Source of the DNA: Planctomycetota bacterium | Lineage (GTDB): Bacteria; Planctomycetota; UBA8108; SXIK01 | Reading direction: 5' to 3' | NCBI GenBank assembly: GCA_965223845.1 | Contig: CBDCXR010000004.1 | Location: 3,072,001-3,136,000, forward strand | Length of the DNA: 64,000 nucleotides | In this document: piece by piece, positions 1 to 10,400 of the stretch | Position numbering within the stretch: the first letter of the stretch is position 1 | Layout: each line of letters opens with the position of its first letter | Translations under genes and position numbers: made by a program | The notes under the pieces: model-generated | Database searches by the model: none | What the model was told of the DNA's origin: nothing | The model's input: the letters and a program-made list of their open reading frames with translations, nothing else

Positions 1-783
1 GAGCGCGATGTCGAACTCGGGCGTGAGCTCGTGGTAGCGCCAGTCCATCGTCGGATACGTTCCGGCCTGAATCTCGTCGACGCCGTCGATCGCCCCGGTC
101 GTAGCGTACGTCGAAGTCGATCCACCACTGATCACCGGGACCGGGATTCCGGCTGCTTCGATCTGTTTCCTCGTCTCCATCGCCAGTGCCATCGCCTCGC
201 TCGTTCGCCGCGCGCGCTCCTCGGCGTCGGTCACGTAGACGAGATGTCCCTCGAACGCCTGAATCCCTTGGAACCGGACCCCCGGTCGCTCGGCGATGAT
301 CCGAGCGAGCGTGAGTGCCGGCGCTCCCGGCGGCACACCGCAGCGCCCCATACCGATGTCGACCTCGACGAATAAGCCGACGGTGGCGCCCGCCGCGTCC
401 GCCGCGTCGGACACGGCTTCCACTTGGTCGATGTGATCCACCGCGATCGCGACCTTGATCCGCCGGGCCAGTTGGGCGAGTCGTTCAAGCTTCCGCGCAC
501 CGACGACTTGATTCGCGATGAGCACATCATCGAACCCGTGCTCGGCGAGCACCTCGGCCTCGCCGAGCTTAGCGCAGGTGAGCCCGACCGCGCTTCCCGC
601 GTCGAGCTGCAGTCGCGCGAGCGTCGTGCACTTGTGGTTCTTGAAGTGCGGGCGGAGCTTCGCGGGCCGAGCGCTGAAGAACTCCGCCATCCGGTCGAGA
701 TTGCGCCGCACTTTCTCCCCGTCGAGGAGAAGAGAAGGTGAGTCGAGATCTTCGATTCGGAGTCCGGTCCGCGAGTCGCTCAT
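1..783 (-). CDS. DSD1 / D-threonine aldolase-like PLP-dependent enzyme (fold type III), 3' end beyond window edge
   Basis: Not in the ORF track because it runs off the edge. Manual translation from ATG at 783 gives MSDSRTGLRIEDLDSPSLLLDGEKVRRNLDRMAEFFSARPAKLRPHFKNHKC...GLTCAKLGEAEVLAEHGFDDVLIANQVVG. The RPHxKxHK PLP-lysine motif and the TCAKxxEAE motif are typical of this family. Starts 7 nt after the ALDH stop. Confidence 0.85.
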   Translation of the reverse strand, partial: MSDSRTGLRIEDLDSPSLLLDGEKVRRNLDRMAEFFSARPAKLRPHFKNHKCTTLARLQLDAGSAVGLTCAKLGEAEVLAEHGFDDVLIANQVVGARKLERLAQLARRIKVAIAVDHIDQVEAVSDAADAAGATVGLFVEVDIGMGRCGVPPGAPALTLARIIAERPGVRFQGIQAFEGHLVYVTDAEERARRTSEAMALAMETRKQIEAAGIPVPVISGGSTSTYATTGAIDGVDEIQAGTYPTMDWRYHELTPEFDIAL

Positions 784-790
784 CGCTGGT

Positions 791-2278
791 TCACTCGGGC
801 CACGGTGACTTCTCGGTCGCGAGCCCGTAGAGAATCGCCTTCGAGCTCGTGTACTCGTGGACAACCTCGTCGAAGCCGAGCTCCGCGCCGATTCCGCTCA
901 GCTTGTAGCCGAAGACGGGGACGTTCGGCCGCAGGTAGCCGCCGCCGTTCACGGCAATCCGTCCGGCGCGCAAGCGCCGCGCGATGCGGAGCGCGCGTCC
1001 CCCGTCGCGGGTCCAAATGTTCGCCATCAGGCCGAACTCGGTCTCGTTCGCGATGCGAACGGCCTCGTCCTCATCCGTAAACGTCATGACCGACAGGACC
1101 GGACCGAACACTTCCTCGCGCGCGATCGTCATCCCACTCGTCACCCGATCGAACACCGTCGGCCGGTAGAAGAATCCACGGTCAACGTCGGACCCACGGA
1201 GCCGCTCGCCACCGATGACGAGCCGCGCGCCGTCGCTCTTTGCCGTCTCCACGTAAGCTTCGACCGTCCGCAGATGCTCCGCTGTCGAGATCGATCCGAG
1301 GTGATTCTCGGTGTCGCACGGATCCCCCTGACGGAGCGTCTCCGCTTTGGCGACGATGCGATCGAGGACGTCGTCGTGTTCGTTCTCGTGAACGAGGAGT
1401 CGCGACCCCGCCACGCAAACCTGGCCGAGGTTGAAGAAGATGCCGGTGATGACGCCATTCACGACGTGGTCCACCGGTGCGTCGGGAAAGACGAGGCTCG
1501 GAGTCTTCCCCCCGAGCTCGAGCATCACTCCCTTCATTCCCTTCTTCGCGCCTTCGAGAATGCACTCTCCGGTCGTGTGGCGCCCCGTGAATGTGATCTT
1601 GTCGACTCCGGAATGGTCGACGAGCGCTTGGCCGGCTTCGCCGCCGAGTCCATGGACAACATTCAGGACTCCGGCGGGGAGCTCGACCTCATTCGCGATC
1701 TCAGCGAGCATGAGAGCCGAAAGCGGAGAGAGCTCGGACGGCTTCAGAACGACGCAGTTTCCGCAGGAGAGCACGGGTGCGACCTTGATTGCCGCATTCG
1801 TGAGCGGAAAGTTCCAGGGCACGATCGCGGCGACGACGCCCATCGGCTCGCGAAACTGCATCGTCACGTTGTCCGGAAGCTGGCCGTAACACTTTCCTCC
1901 GATTTTGTCGGAGAGACCGGCGTAGCTCTCGAAGAGATCGGCCGCGCAAGGCACGTCGAAGCCGCTCGTGTCGCGGATCGGCTTACCGACGTTGAGAGTG
2001 TCCGTGAGCGCGAGATCATCGAGTCGCTCGCGGATCTTCTCGGCGATGCGAAAGAGGAAGCGCCCGCGTTCGAGCGCGTCCATGCGGGGCCACGGCCCCT
2101 CGTCGAACGCGTGGCGAGCCGCGGCGACCGCTCGGTCGACGTCGGATGCGTCGGCGAGTGCAACATCCGCGAGATGTTCACCCGTCGCGGGATTCGTGAC
2201 CGGCGACGTTCGCTCACTTCGAGAGGCGATCCACTCGCCTCCGACGTACATTCTCGACGGCCAATTCAGATTCGTCAT
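791..2278 (-). CDS. NAD(P)-dependent aldehyde dehydrogenase
   Basis: IVPWNFP, LKPSE, FTG, LELGGK (catalytic Glu), NLGQVCVAGSR (catalytic Cys) and EEVFGP motifs; 495 aa. Confidence 0.95.
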   Translation of the reverse strand: MTNLNWPSRMYVGGEWIASRSERTSPVTNPATGEHLADVALADASDVDRAVAAARHAFDEGPWPRMDALERGRFLFRIAEKIRERLDDLALTDTLNVGKPIRDTSGFDVPCAADLFESYAGLSDKIGGKCYGQLPDNVTMQFREPMGVVAAIVPWNFPLTNAAIKVAPVLSCGNCVVLKPSELSPLSALMLAEIANEVELPAGVLNVVHGLGGEAGQALVDHSGVDKITFTGRHTTGECILEGAKKGMKGVMLELGGKTPSLVFPDAPVDHVVNGVITGIFFNLGQVCVAGSRLLVHENEHDDVLDRIVAKAETLRQGDPCDTENHLGSISTAEHLRTVEAYVETAKSDGARLVIGGERLRGSDVDRGFFYRPTVFDRVTSGMTIAREEVFGPVLSVMTFTDEDEAVRIANETEFGLMANIWTRDGGRALRIARRLRAGRIAVNGGGYLRPNVPVFGYKLSGIGAELGFDEVVHEYTSSKAILYGLATEKSPWPE

Positions 2279-2312
2279 CTCTCTCGAACTCCCCGCGCTC
2301 CCGCGGCGCCGA

Positions 2313-3812
2313 TCAGCGTGCTCCGGAATCCGGCCCGCCGAAGTGACCTGGACGTGCGTGACTAAAGATTATTCCGATCGCCCCACCTGAAACCAACGAC
2401 AGCGGCATCAACCACAGAAAGTTGATCTCGACGAGCTGCCACGAGACGGCGACCGCGACGAAGATGCTGACGGCGCAACCAAGCAGGGTACCGAACGCCG
2501 TCGCCCAAGGTACGAAAAGCGCCATGAAAAAGAGCACGAAGAGCGGCGCGACGAGTAGGTTCACAGTCTTGTGTACGCGCTGGAGAAGGTTCCCCTCCTG
2601 ATCGATCTCGCCGATCACGAGACTGAGGCCCACGATCACGAAGCCGATCCCCCAGGAGATTCGGCGAGCGAGGCGCACGCGATCCGTCTCCGATCGTTCG
2701 CGCGGCCGAAATCTCTGAAAAAAGTCGATCGCGACGACCGAGCTCGTCGAGTTGAGACCCGACGAGAGGCTCGACATCGCCGCCGCGAGCAGCGCCGCCA
2801 CCACGAGACCGGTCAGGCCGGCCGGCAGCCCGCTCACGATGAACGCGAGGAAGAGGCCGCTCGTACTCTCCGAGAGCGGCTTTCCGTCCGGGAGGAGCTC
2901 CGGCCGCGCGGCGAAGTATGCGAGGAGGCAAAGTCCGAGCACGCCGAGGCAGAGTCCGGTCGTGAGATCCGCCGTGAGCGAAGTGACGTAGGCGCGCCGC
3001 GCGGCTCGCGCGTCCTTTGTTGCGAGGTAGCGCTGGATCGCGACTTGATCCGATCCCGCCGTACACACGTGCCAGCAGAAGTACGCGAGCCCCGCGCCGA
3101 GGATCGTTCTCGCGCCGGGATCCTCGGCGTCGGGAAAGAACCGAAGCGGAGCCCAGTGCTCGGCCCAGCCCGATGGCCACCAACCGTCCACTCCGCCGCG
3201 ATCACCGTGGATGATCGCGATCGCCGCGACTGCGCCGCCGAAGAGAATCAGCGTTTGAATGACGTCGGTGTAGACGACCGCGCGAAGCCCACCGAGAGCC
3301 GTGTAGACGACAGTGAGAAGTCCGACGATCGCGCTCACCCAAACGGCGGCGCTCGGGCTGAGCCCCAAGATCGGGACGACGAGCTCCATCGCGAGGAGAT
3401 GGATGATGAACGCCATCCAGATGAGACGGAGCGCGAGGAAGAGAAACGATCCCGCGAATCGAACACTCGGCCCGAGCCTCCGATCGAGGAGCTCGTACGC
3501 CGTAGTGACCTCTTCGCGCATGAGACGCGGGATGAGAATCCATCCGACGACGAAGATGACGAGGGGATAGGCCGCCGACCCGGCGAGGACCATCGGTCCG
3601 CGGAGAATCATCTCCTCCGGGTAGGAGAGGTACGAGATCGCGCTCAAAAGACTCGCGAAGAGGCTGAGCCCGACGGCCCCCGAGCGCATGCGCCGGCCGC
3701 CGAGGAGATAATCATCCATACTCTTCGTCCGCCGCGCGAAGTACCAGCCGACGGCGAGCATGCCAAGAGCGTACGCGACGAGAACACTCGAGTCTAGCGC
3801 GCCGAGCTTCAT
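2313..3812 (-). CDS. sodium:solute symporter (SSS family)
   Basis: Many hydrophobic TM segments; DYLLGGR, SAISYL, YTALGGLRAVVYTDVIQ, DQVAIQRYL and AAAMSSLSSGLNS motifs. Start moved to ATG 3812 (MKLGALD), which fits the typical SSS N-terminus. Confidence 0.92.
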   Translation of the reverse strand: MKLGALDSSVLVAYALGMLAVGWYFARRTKSMDDYLLGGRRMRSGAVGLSLFASLLSAISYLSYPEEMILRGPMVLAGSAAYPLVIFVVGWILIPRLMREEVTTAYELLDRRLGPSVRFAGSFLFLALRLIWMAFIIHLLAMELVVPILGLSPSAAVWVSAIVGLLTVVYTALGGLRAVVYTDVIQTLILFGGAVAAIAIIHGDRGGVDGWWPSGWAEHWAPLRFFPDAEDPGARTILGAGLAYFCWHVCTAGSDQVAIQRYLATKDARAARRAYVTSLTADLTTGLCLGVLGLCLLAYFAARPELLPDGKPLSESTSGLFLAFIVSGLPAGLTGLVVAALLAAAMSSLSSGLNSTSSVVAIDFFQRFRPRERSETDRVRLARRISWGIGFVIVGLSLVIGEIDQEGNLLQRVHKTVNLLVAPLFVLFFMALFVPWATAFGTLLGCAVSIFVAVAVSWQLVEINFLWLMPLSLVSGGAIGIIFSHARPGHFGGPDSGAR

Positions 3813-3948
3813 GAGTGAGTTCGTCCTCAGGGCTTCGTTCGCATCGCACGCGGCGACGAAAGACGCAGCGTATGCGGTCACCCCAGCTAACTCAAGGCGA
3901 CGATGGACATCCCTCGAGAGGACGGCGAGAATCCGGTCGGGAGGATCG

Positions 3949-6321
3949 ATGGCCGATACGAAAACCGAGTGCGGAGCATCGTGGTTCGCACCGTCGAATC
4001 TCGAAGCGTGTGACGCCGATCGCGTGCTGTTCGATCGCGAGCTCCGCGCGTTCGTTCCCCCGGACGCGTTCGACGCACACGCACACCTCTATCGCGCCGA
4101 GGACCTCGATGGAGTCCGTTGGCCAACGCTCGAAGGGCCCGTCGGCCTCGAAGCGTACCGGCGACTCATCGCGTCCTGGATGGGCGATCGCGCGGCGCGA
4201 GACGGTCTCTTCTTCGGCATGCCCGAAAGAAACGTCGACACATCGCCGGCGAACGACTTCGAGCTCGCGGAAGTGCGCGCGTCAGCAGGCTCGCGTGTTC
4301 TTCTCCTCGCGCGTCCGAGCGACGCGCCGTCGACATTGGAAGAGCTCGTCCGCACCTCCGGAGGTGTCGTCGCCGGCTTCAAGGTTTACCACGTCTACGC
4401 GTCACGCGATCGGACGATGGACGCGCGCGTCGAGGAATTCCTTCCCGAATGGATGGGGGAGATCGCGAATCGTCACGAGCTCGCGATCATGCTCCATCTC
4501 GTTCGCGATCGCGCGCTCGCCGATCCCGTAAACCAAAGTTCGATCCGCGAATTCTGCATCCGCTTTCCGCACGCGAAGCTGATCCTCGCGCACGCGGCTC
4601 GCGGCTTCTGCGCGGCACACACTCAGGAAGGGATCGCATCGCTCCGCGGTCTCGAGAACGTTTTCTTCGATACTTCCGCGATCTGCGAACCTCTGGCGCT
4701 TCAGGCGATCCTCGAGACGTTCGGTACGCGCCGCTTGTTCTACGGAAGCGATTTTCCCGTGAGCAATCTCCGCGGTCGCGCGGTGTCTCTCGGCGACAGG
4801 TTCTTCTGGCTCTACGCACACAACGTCGACTGGGGCGGTGACGACAATCACGTCGGTGGGAAGCCGACACTCGTCGGGATCGAGTCTCTGCTCGCGCTCC
4901 GGCAAGCGTGCCGCGCACTTCATCTTCGAGACGCCGACGTCGAGCGCATTTTCCGTACAAACGCGCTACGCGAGCTCGGACTCTCGCTTCCAACGGGAAC
5001 GTTCGGCGAGAAGCTCTACGCCCACGCGAAACGGATCATCCCGGGAGGAACTCAGCTCCTCAGCAAACGCCCCGAAATGCACGCGCCGGAGCGATGGCCG
5101 CCCTACTTCGCCGAGGCGCGCGGGATCGAGGTCGTCGATACGGACGGCCGAGCGTTTCTCGACTTTTCTCTCATGGGCGTCGGCTCGTGCCTTCTCGGCT
5201 ACGCCGATCCCGACGTCAACGCCGCCGTCGCAAGAAGAGTGACGCTCGGGTCGATGGCGATGCTGAATCCGGCCGACGAGGTCGAGCTCGCCGACGCTCT
5301 TCTCGAGCTGCATCCTTGGGCGGGCGGAGTGCGTTACGCGCGGAGCGGAGGAGAGGCGCTCACCATCGCAGTCCGCATCGCGCGCGCGAGCACGGGCCGC
5401 GACGCGATCGCGTTCTGCGGGTACCACGGCTGGCACGATTGGTATATCGCTTCGAACATCGCGACTGCGGGAGCGAACGATGCGGATCGCCTCGCGGGTC
5501 ACCTCCTCCCGGGACTCGAGCCCGCCGGAGTTCCGACATCGCTCGCCGGATCGGCTACCCCGTTTTCGTACAATCGACTCGACGAGCTGGAAACGATCGT
5601 CACCCGTCGCCGCGACGAGCTCGCCGCCATCGTGATGGAGCCGACGCGAAACGAGCCTCCCGAGCCCGGCTTTCTCGAAGGAGTCCGCGCGCTGGCGGAC
5701 GAGATCGGCGCGCTTCTCATCGTCGACGAGGTCTCCGCGGGTTGGCGCCTCCACCTCGGGGGCGCGCACCTTCGCTACGGACTCTCACCCGATATGGCCG
5801 TGTTCTCGAAGGCTCTCGGGAACGGCTATCCGATCGCTGCGATCGTCGGTACGGCCCGGGCGATGGCCGCGGCGGAACGTACGTTCATCTCGAGCACGCT
5901 CTGGACCGAAGGGATCGGCCCCGCAGCGGCGCTCGCGACGATCGCGAAACTGCGCCGCTTCGACGTTCCGGCGCACGTCGATGCCGTCGGAGTTCGCTAC
6001 CGCGAAGGGATAGACCGACTCGCCGAGCGGTTCGGGGTGCCTATTCGCGTCTGCGGTCACCCGGCGCTGACGACGATCGCGTTCGAACATGAGCGAAGCG
6101 CCGCGCTGCAAACGCTTCTCACCGTCCGCATGCTAGACCGAGGCTACCTCTCGGGCGCCGGCTTCTATCCCAGCCTCGCTCACGAGCCGCGTCACGTCGA
6201 CGCCTACCTCGCCGCCGCGGACAGCGTATTCGAGGAGCTCGGCGACGCCATCCGTGCGGACGACGTCGAACGGCGCCTCGATTCACCGCCCAAGCACACT
6301 GGTTTTCGCCGACTCGCCTGA
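3949..6321 (+). CDS. fusion: amidohydrolase (TIM-barrel, HxH) + class III PLP aminotransferase (GSA-aminomutase-like)
   Basis: GGAGGA precedes ATG 3949. N-half: FDAHAH, GFKVY, IMLH, LILAH, FFDTS, FYGSDFP. C-half: IIPGGTQLLSKRPE, GYHGWHDW, VDEV, FSKALGNGYPI (PLP Lys), ISST. One uninterrupted frame. Confidence 0.88.
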   Translation: MADTKTECGASWFAPSNLEACDADRVLFDRELRAFVPPDAFDAHAHLYRAEDLDGVRWPTLEGPVGLEAYRRLIASWMGDRAARDGLFFGMPERNVDTSPANDFELAEVRASAGSRVLLLARPSDAPSTLEELVRTSGGVVAGFKVYHVYASRDRTMDARVEEFLPEWMGEIANRHELAIMLHLVRDRALADPVNQSSIREFCIRFPHAKLILAHAARGFCAAHTQEGIASLRGLENVFFDTSAICEPLALQAILETFGTRRLFYGSDFPVSNLRGRAVSLGDRFFWLYAHNVDWGGDDNHVGGKPTLVGIESLLALRQACRALHLRDADVERIFRTNALRELGLSLPTGTFGEKLYAHAKRIIPGGTQLLSKRPEMHAPERWPPYFAEARGIEVVDTDGRAFLDFSLMGVGSCLLGYADPDVNAAVARRVTLGSMAMLNPADEVELADALLELHPWAGGVRYARSGGEALTIAVRIARASTGRDAIAFCGYHGWHDWYIASNIATAGANDADRLAGHLLPGLEPAGVPTSLAGSATPFSYNRLDELETIVTRRRDELAAIVMEPTRNEPPEPGFLEGVRALADEIGALLIVDEVSAGWRLHLGGAHLRYGLSPDMAVFSKALGNGYPIAAIVGTARAMAAAERTFISSTLWTEGIGPAAALATIAKLRRFDVPAHVDAVGVRYREGIDRLAERFGVPIRVCGHPALTTIAFEHERSAALQTLLTVRMLDRGYLSGAGFYPSLAHEPRHVDAYLAAADSVFEELGDAIRADDVERRLDSPPKHTGFRRLA

Positions 6322-6328
6322 TCATTCG

Positions 6329-7135
6329 ATGACCGACCCGCAAACCGAACCGAGCGTCCAGAAACTCTTCGATCTCTCCGGTCGCGTCGCTCTCGTCACC
6401 GGCGCGTCGGGACACCTCGGCGGCGCGCTAGCGCGCGGGCTCGCAGAAGGCGGCGCGACCGTGATCGCCTCGAGTCGTGAATGCGATCGCGCCCGAGCCG
6501 TCGCGAACTCCCTGTCGAGTCCGACGGGCGCCGCACACGCCGCGATCGAGCTCGATCACATGGATGAAGCGTCCGTCGAGAGTGGATTTGCCGCCGCGCT
6601 CGAGGCGGCGGGACGCGTCGATATCCTTGTCGCCAACGGCCACGAACATGTGAAAAACGACTGGACCGATGTCTCCGGCGACGAATTCACCCGGCAGCTC
6701 GCCAACGCTACGGGGTACTTCCTTCTCGCCCGTCGAGTCCGCGACCACGCCGCCCGGCGCGGCGGAGGAGCGAGCGTCGTCTTCATCGGCTCGATGTACG
6801 GGCAGGTCGCGTCGTACCCGGACGCCTACGCGGACATCTGCGCCGCGAGTCCCGTTGCCTACCACACCCTGAAGGGCGGCATCCTTCAGATGACGCGCCA
6901 CCTCGCGGTCTATTGGGCGCGCGACGGCGTACGCGTCAATTGTCTCAGCCCCGGACCGTTTCCAGCGGACGACGTCTCGGCCGAGCTGAAGGATCGTCTC
7001 GCGACCCGCAGTCCACTCGGCCGGATGGGGAGCCCGGAAGAGCTGAAGGGAGCCCTCGTATTTCTCGCGAGCGACGCGAGCAGTTATGTCACCGGACAGA
7101 ATCTGGTCGTCGATGGCGGGTGGACCGCGTGGTGA
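6329..7135 (+). CDS. short-chain dehydrogenase/reductase (SDR)
   Basis: TGASGHLG Rossmann motif, SMYG, YHTLK (YxxxK), VRVNCLSPG, GQNLVVDGG. ATG lies 7 nt after the upstream stop. Confidence 0.93.
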   Translation: MTDPQTEPSVQKLFDLSGRVALVTGASGHLGGALARGLAEGGATVIASSRECDRARAVANSLSSPTGAAHAAIELDHMDEASVESGFAAALEAAGRVDILVANGHEHVKNDWTDVSGDEFTRQLANATGYFLLARRVRDHAARRGGGASVVFIGSMYGQVASYPDAYADICAASPVAYHTLKGGILQMTRHLAVYWARDGVRVNCLSPGPFPADDVSAELKDRLATRSPLGRMGSPEELKGALVFLASDASSYVTGQNLVVDGGWTAW

Positions 7136-7454
7136 CCGCGACGAATTCCACGGCCGGAGTGCGTACGCTGTTCGGATCGGCGAGCGAGAAACAGAATCCG
7201 AATCGCGATCGATCGCAGCACGATTCGCACTGGGCTAGTCCGGGCTTCTCACCCGACTCCACTGCGGAGCCGCTTCGCTCACCGAATCTGGAGAGAAATC
7301 TGGGCTCAGCGCGCCGAAGCGACCGTTTTCGGGTACGATGATCCGCGGATCGGTTTGAGAACGAGCGGGGCGTCCATCGCGCCCGCTTTCACGAGGGTCG
7401 AGACGGCGCACTCGCGGCGACGAGTCGCGCCCGACACAGAATCGGGGTACGGAT

Positions 7455-10400
7455 ATGTCCATCGGTCGCTCTCTTCGTGCGTCGATGTTGGCGAGCCTCC
7501 TCCTCACGCTCGCTCCGAGTTCCGTCATCGCCGGAGGGGGCGCCGGGCCGGTGATCCGCTCGGTCTCTCCGTCGGCGGCGCGCACCGGAGAACGGGTCAA
7601 CATCAGTGGAGTCGGATTCGGCCTCGACCCGGACGATCTGTGCATCGCCGTTCTCGTCGGTGGTCGGATGATTCCGCTCCGGGTCGTGACCGCAAGCGAC
7701 ACGATGATCGAAGCGGTCGTCGGAGTCGTTCCCTTCGACGCCGAAGGTCCGGTCGTTCTCCAGCGGGGAGTCGGCGGGCGATTCGACGCCAATCCCGTCG
7801 GCGACCTGATCCCGGGGGAGCAGGCGTGGATTTGGAGTCGCGAACGCGAGCTCCTCGAAGCGAGGTCACCGGAACCGCTCACGCTCCAAGCCGTCGAACC
7901 GAATGAAACGACGCGGTGGTTCTTCGGTGAAGAGCCCGACGGTAGCGCGCTCGTCGTCCTTGACGGCGACTGGATTGCCGGCAGCACGATCGAGATCAGC
8001 GCCCATCTCCACGACACGAGCCCGAACTTCGCCGTCGCTCACGATCTTCGCATCGGAGGAATTCGCGTAGACCAGGATGGGTCACTCGTCGAATGCGCCG
8101 AGCAGCTTTGCGAGTTGATCCGGCAGCTGTTCGAAAGCGCCAACGTAGTGCTCGGCTGCGTCGTGCGCCAAGTGGGCCCCGCTTCGGTGGGAATCTTGGT
8201 GGAGCTAGAGATCGGGTCGGTCCGCCGCGGCGGTATCGACATCTGCGTGACGGCGCCTCCGGTGGATCCCGATCCCGTCCTCGATCGGTTTCAGCCTCCG
8301 AGCGGAGGACCGGGAACCGAGATCCGCGTCGGCGGACGAAATCTCGAAGCGGAGCTGGACGATATCTCGCTCGTCGTCGTCTCGAACGGCCAGGTTGCGC
8401 CGATTCAGGTGACGCAGGTGGACCCCGACTTGGTCGGCGGAATCCTCCAGCCGTTCGGCGGTATCGACAGCAAGCCGTTACCGAATTGGCAACCCGGACC
8501 GATCCAGTACTCGCGCGGGCGCGGCGAGATCGGGACGGTCAAGCCGATCTTGCCGAATGTGGAAGTTCCCGTTCCGGTATGGGCCTGGACTCGCGATCCC
8601 GTCGGCGCCCCACAAGCCGAGACCGCGACGGACTTCGATCCCGTGGTCGAGGGGCCGCTCGGCGAGGGCGTCGAGTGCTTCTTCAGCGCCTCCCCCACCG
8701 ACGGCGAGCTCTGTCTCTTCCTCGATGGCGATTGGAATCCGGGCTCCGATCTCGAAATCGGTCTCTCCGCGAGGAACCCCGAACTCGGGATCGGTTACGA
8801 CATGCGCGCGCCGCTCGTCCGCATCGCTGACGGCGGAACGGGAATCGAATGCGCGCGGCGCATCTGCGAAGTGGTGCGGCTCGCGTTCGAGCAGCAGCTC
8901 GGCGTCATGGACGTCCGCTGCTCCGCGGAAGAGCAGGATGACGGACGAGTCAAGCTCACGGTGAATCTCCTCGACGCAGCGGGAGCTCTCGTTCCGATCA
9001 CGCGCGGGTTCTTCTCGGTCTGCGTTGCGCCACTCCCTGATCGCCCGCTGCGTATCGTCGACTTCAACCCGAAGGAGGGAACGACCGGCACGGAGATCAC
9101 GATCATCGGCGAGAACATGATCCCACCGCCTTGTGACTGGGCCGATGTGTGCGTCGCGATTCTCGGGGCCGAGAGAGAAATCGTGCCGCTCGACGTCGTG
9201 AGCGGTCGTCACCTCGACGAAAACGGGACGGACGAGATCATCGCGCGAATCGGAGCGCTTCCGAACGATTTCGTTCTTCAAAAGCCGGTGGAGTTCATCG
9301 TGAGCCGCGGCGCGGGACAATTCATCATGCCCGACGGCGTGCCGGTCGAATCGTGGATCTGGTCGGCTACGGCCGACGGCGAACAGGCCACGGCCGACGA
9401 CGGATTCCTTCTCATCCCACCAGCGAAGCCCGTTCCGTGTTACGGCGCTAGCCTCGTCGACGCTGAGCTGCTCCTCGATTTGCCTCCGCCCGCGTTCTGG
9501 GCGCCGAACAGCGTGTTCGACATCCGACTCAAGTACGAAACCGCGGCGATGAATTCCGCGATCGCGCTCCACATTCCCGGCTGCGTCACCGAGGACGGCC
9601 AAAACCCGGGCGAAATGATCTGCAACGCGATCGACAGCGGGCTCGCGGTGGTCGGAGCGACGGTCGACTGTGAGGTCTCCGTCCTCCCGAACGGAGACCT
9701 TCGGGTCAAGGTCGCGAATCCGCCGGGAATTCCCGCGATCACTCACGGCGGCCTCATGGTCGGGATCGACCCGGCTCCCACGCCCATTCCGATCATCACG
9801 GACTTCAATCCGAAGCGCATCGTCGATCCCTCGCAGATGATCGTCGTCGAGGGTCGCAACTTCCCGACGGATCCCAATTCGGTCTGTATCGGGATTCAGT
9901 CGCCCGCAGACAACCGCTTCATCCCCCTCGGCGTCAACGAGATCGATCCGAACCGCATCGTCATTCCTCCACCCGAGTGTCCGCTACCATTCGACTTCGA
10001 GGGTCACATCGTGCTCACGCTCGGGGACGGAACGAAAGGCGCGGTGAAGCCCATCGAACCGGGGATCCAACTGACCGAGCCGATCTCTGCGTGGACTCGT
10101 CGGCCGGCGCGGGGTCCGATCGCAGCTTCGGAAGATCAGCTTTTCGTCCAAGCGATGGATATGCCGGGTGCACTCACTCTCGCGAGTGAGGGGCCGATCG
10201 GCGGAGAGATCGTCCTCGACGTCGGGATACCGCCGCAGTGGGGCGTAGACTGTCGAGTTGATCTCAATCTCGGGATGTTTGAAGGGCGAAGCGGAATTGG
10301 GCACTGTCTTCGTGCGCGCGGTCTCCTCGTGCGGGGGGGAGAATCCCCGGCAGATTGGATGGGTCGCGTGTGCCACGTGATCACCGAAGCCCTCGCGCAA

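Noticed and set aside
857-2365. 502-aa plus-strand ORF antisense to the ALDH gene
   Set aside because: Shadow ORF typical of high-GC coding DNA. It has no motifs, and the opposite strand has a clear ALDH.
3760-3948. N-terminal extensions of the 853-aa and 522-aa ORFs that make them overlap head-to-head
   Set aside because: Better starts exist at 3949 (with RBS) and 3812; the extensions look non-coding.
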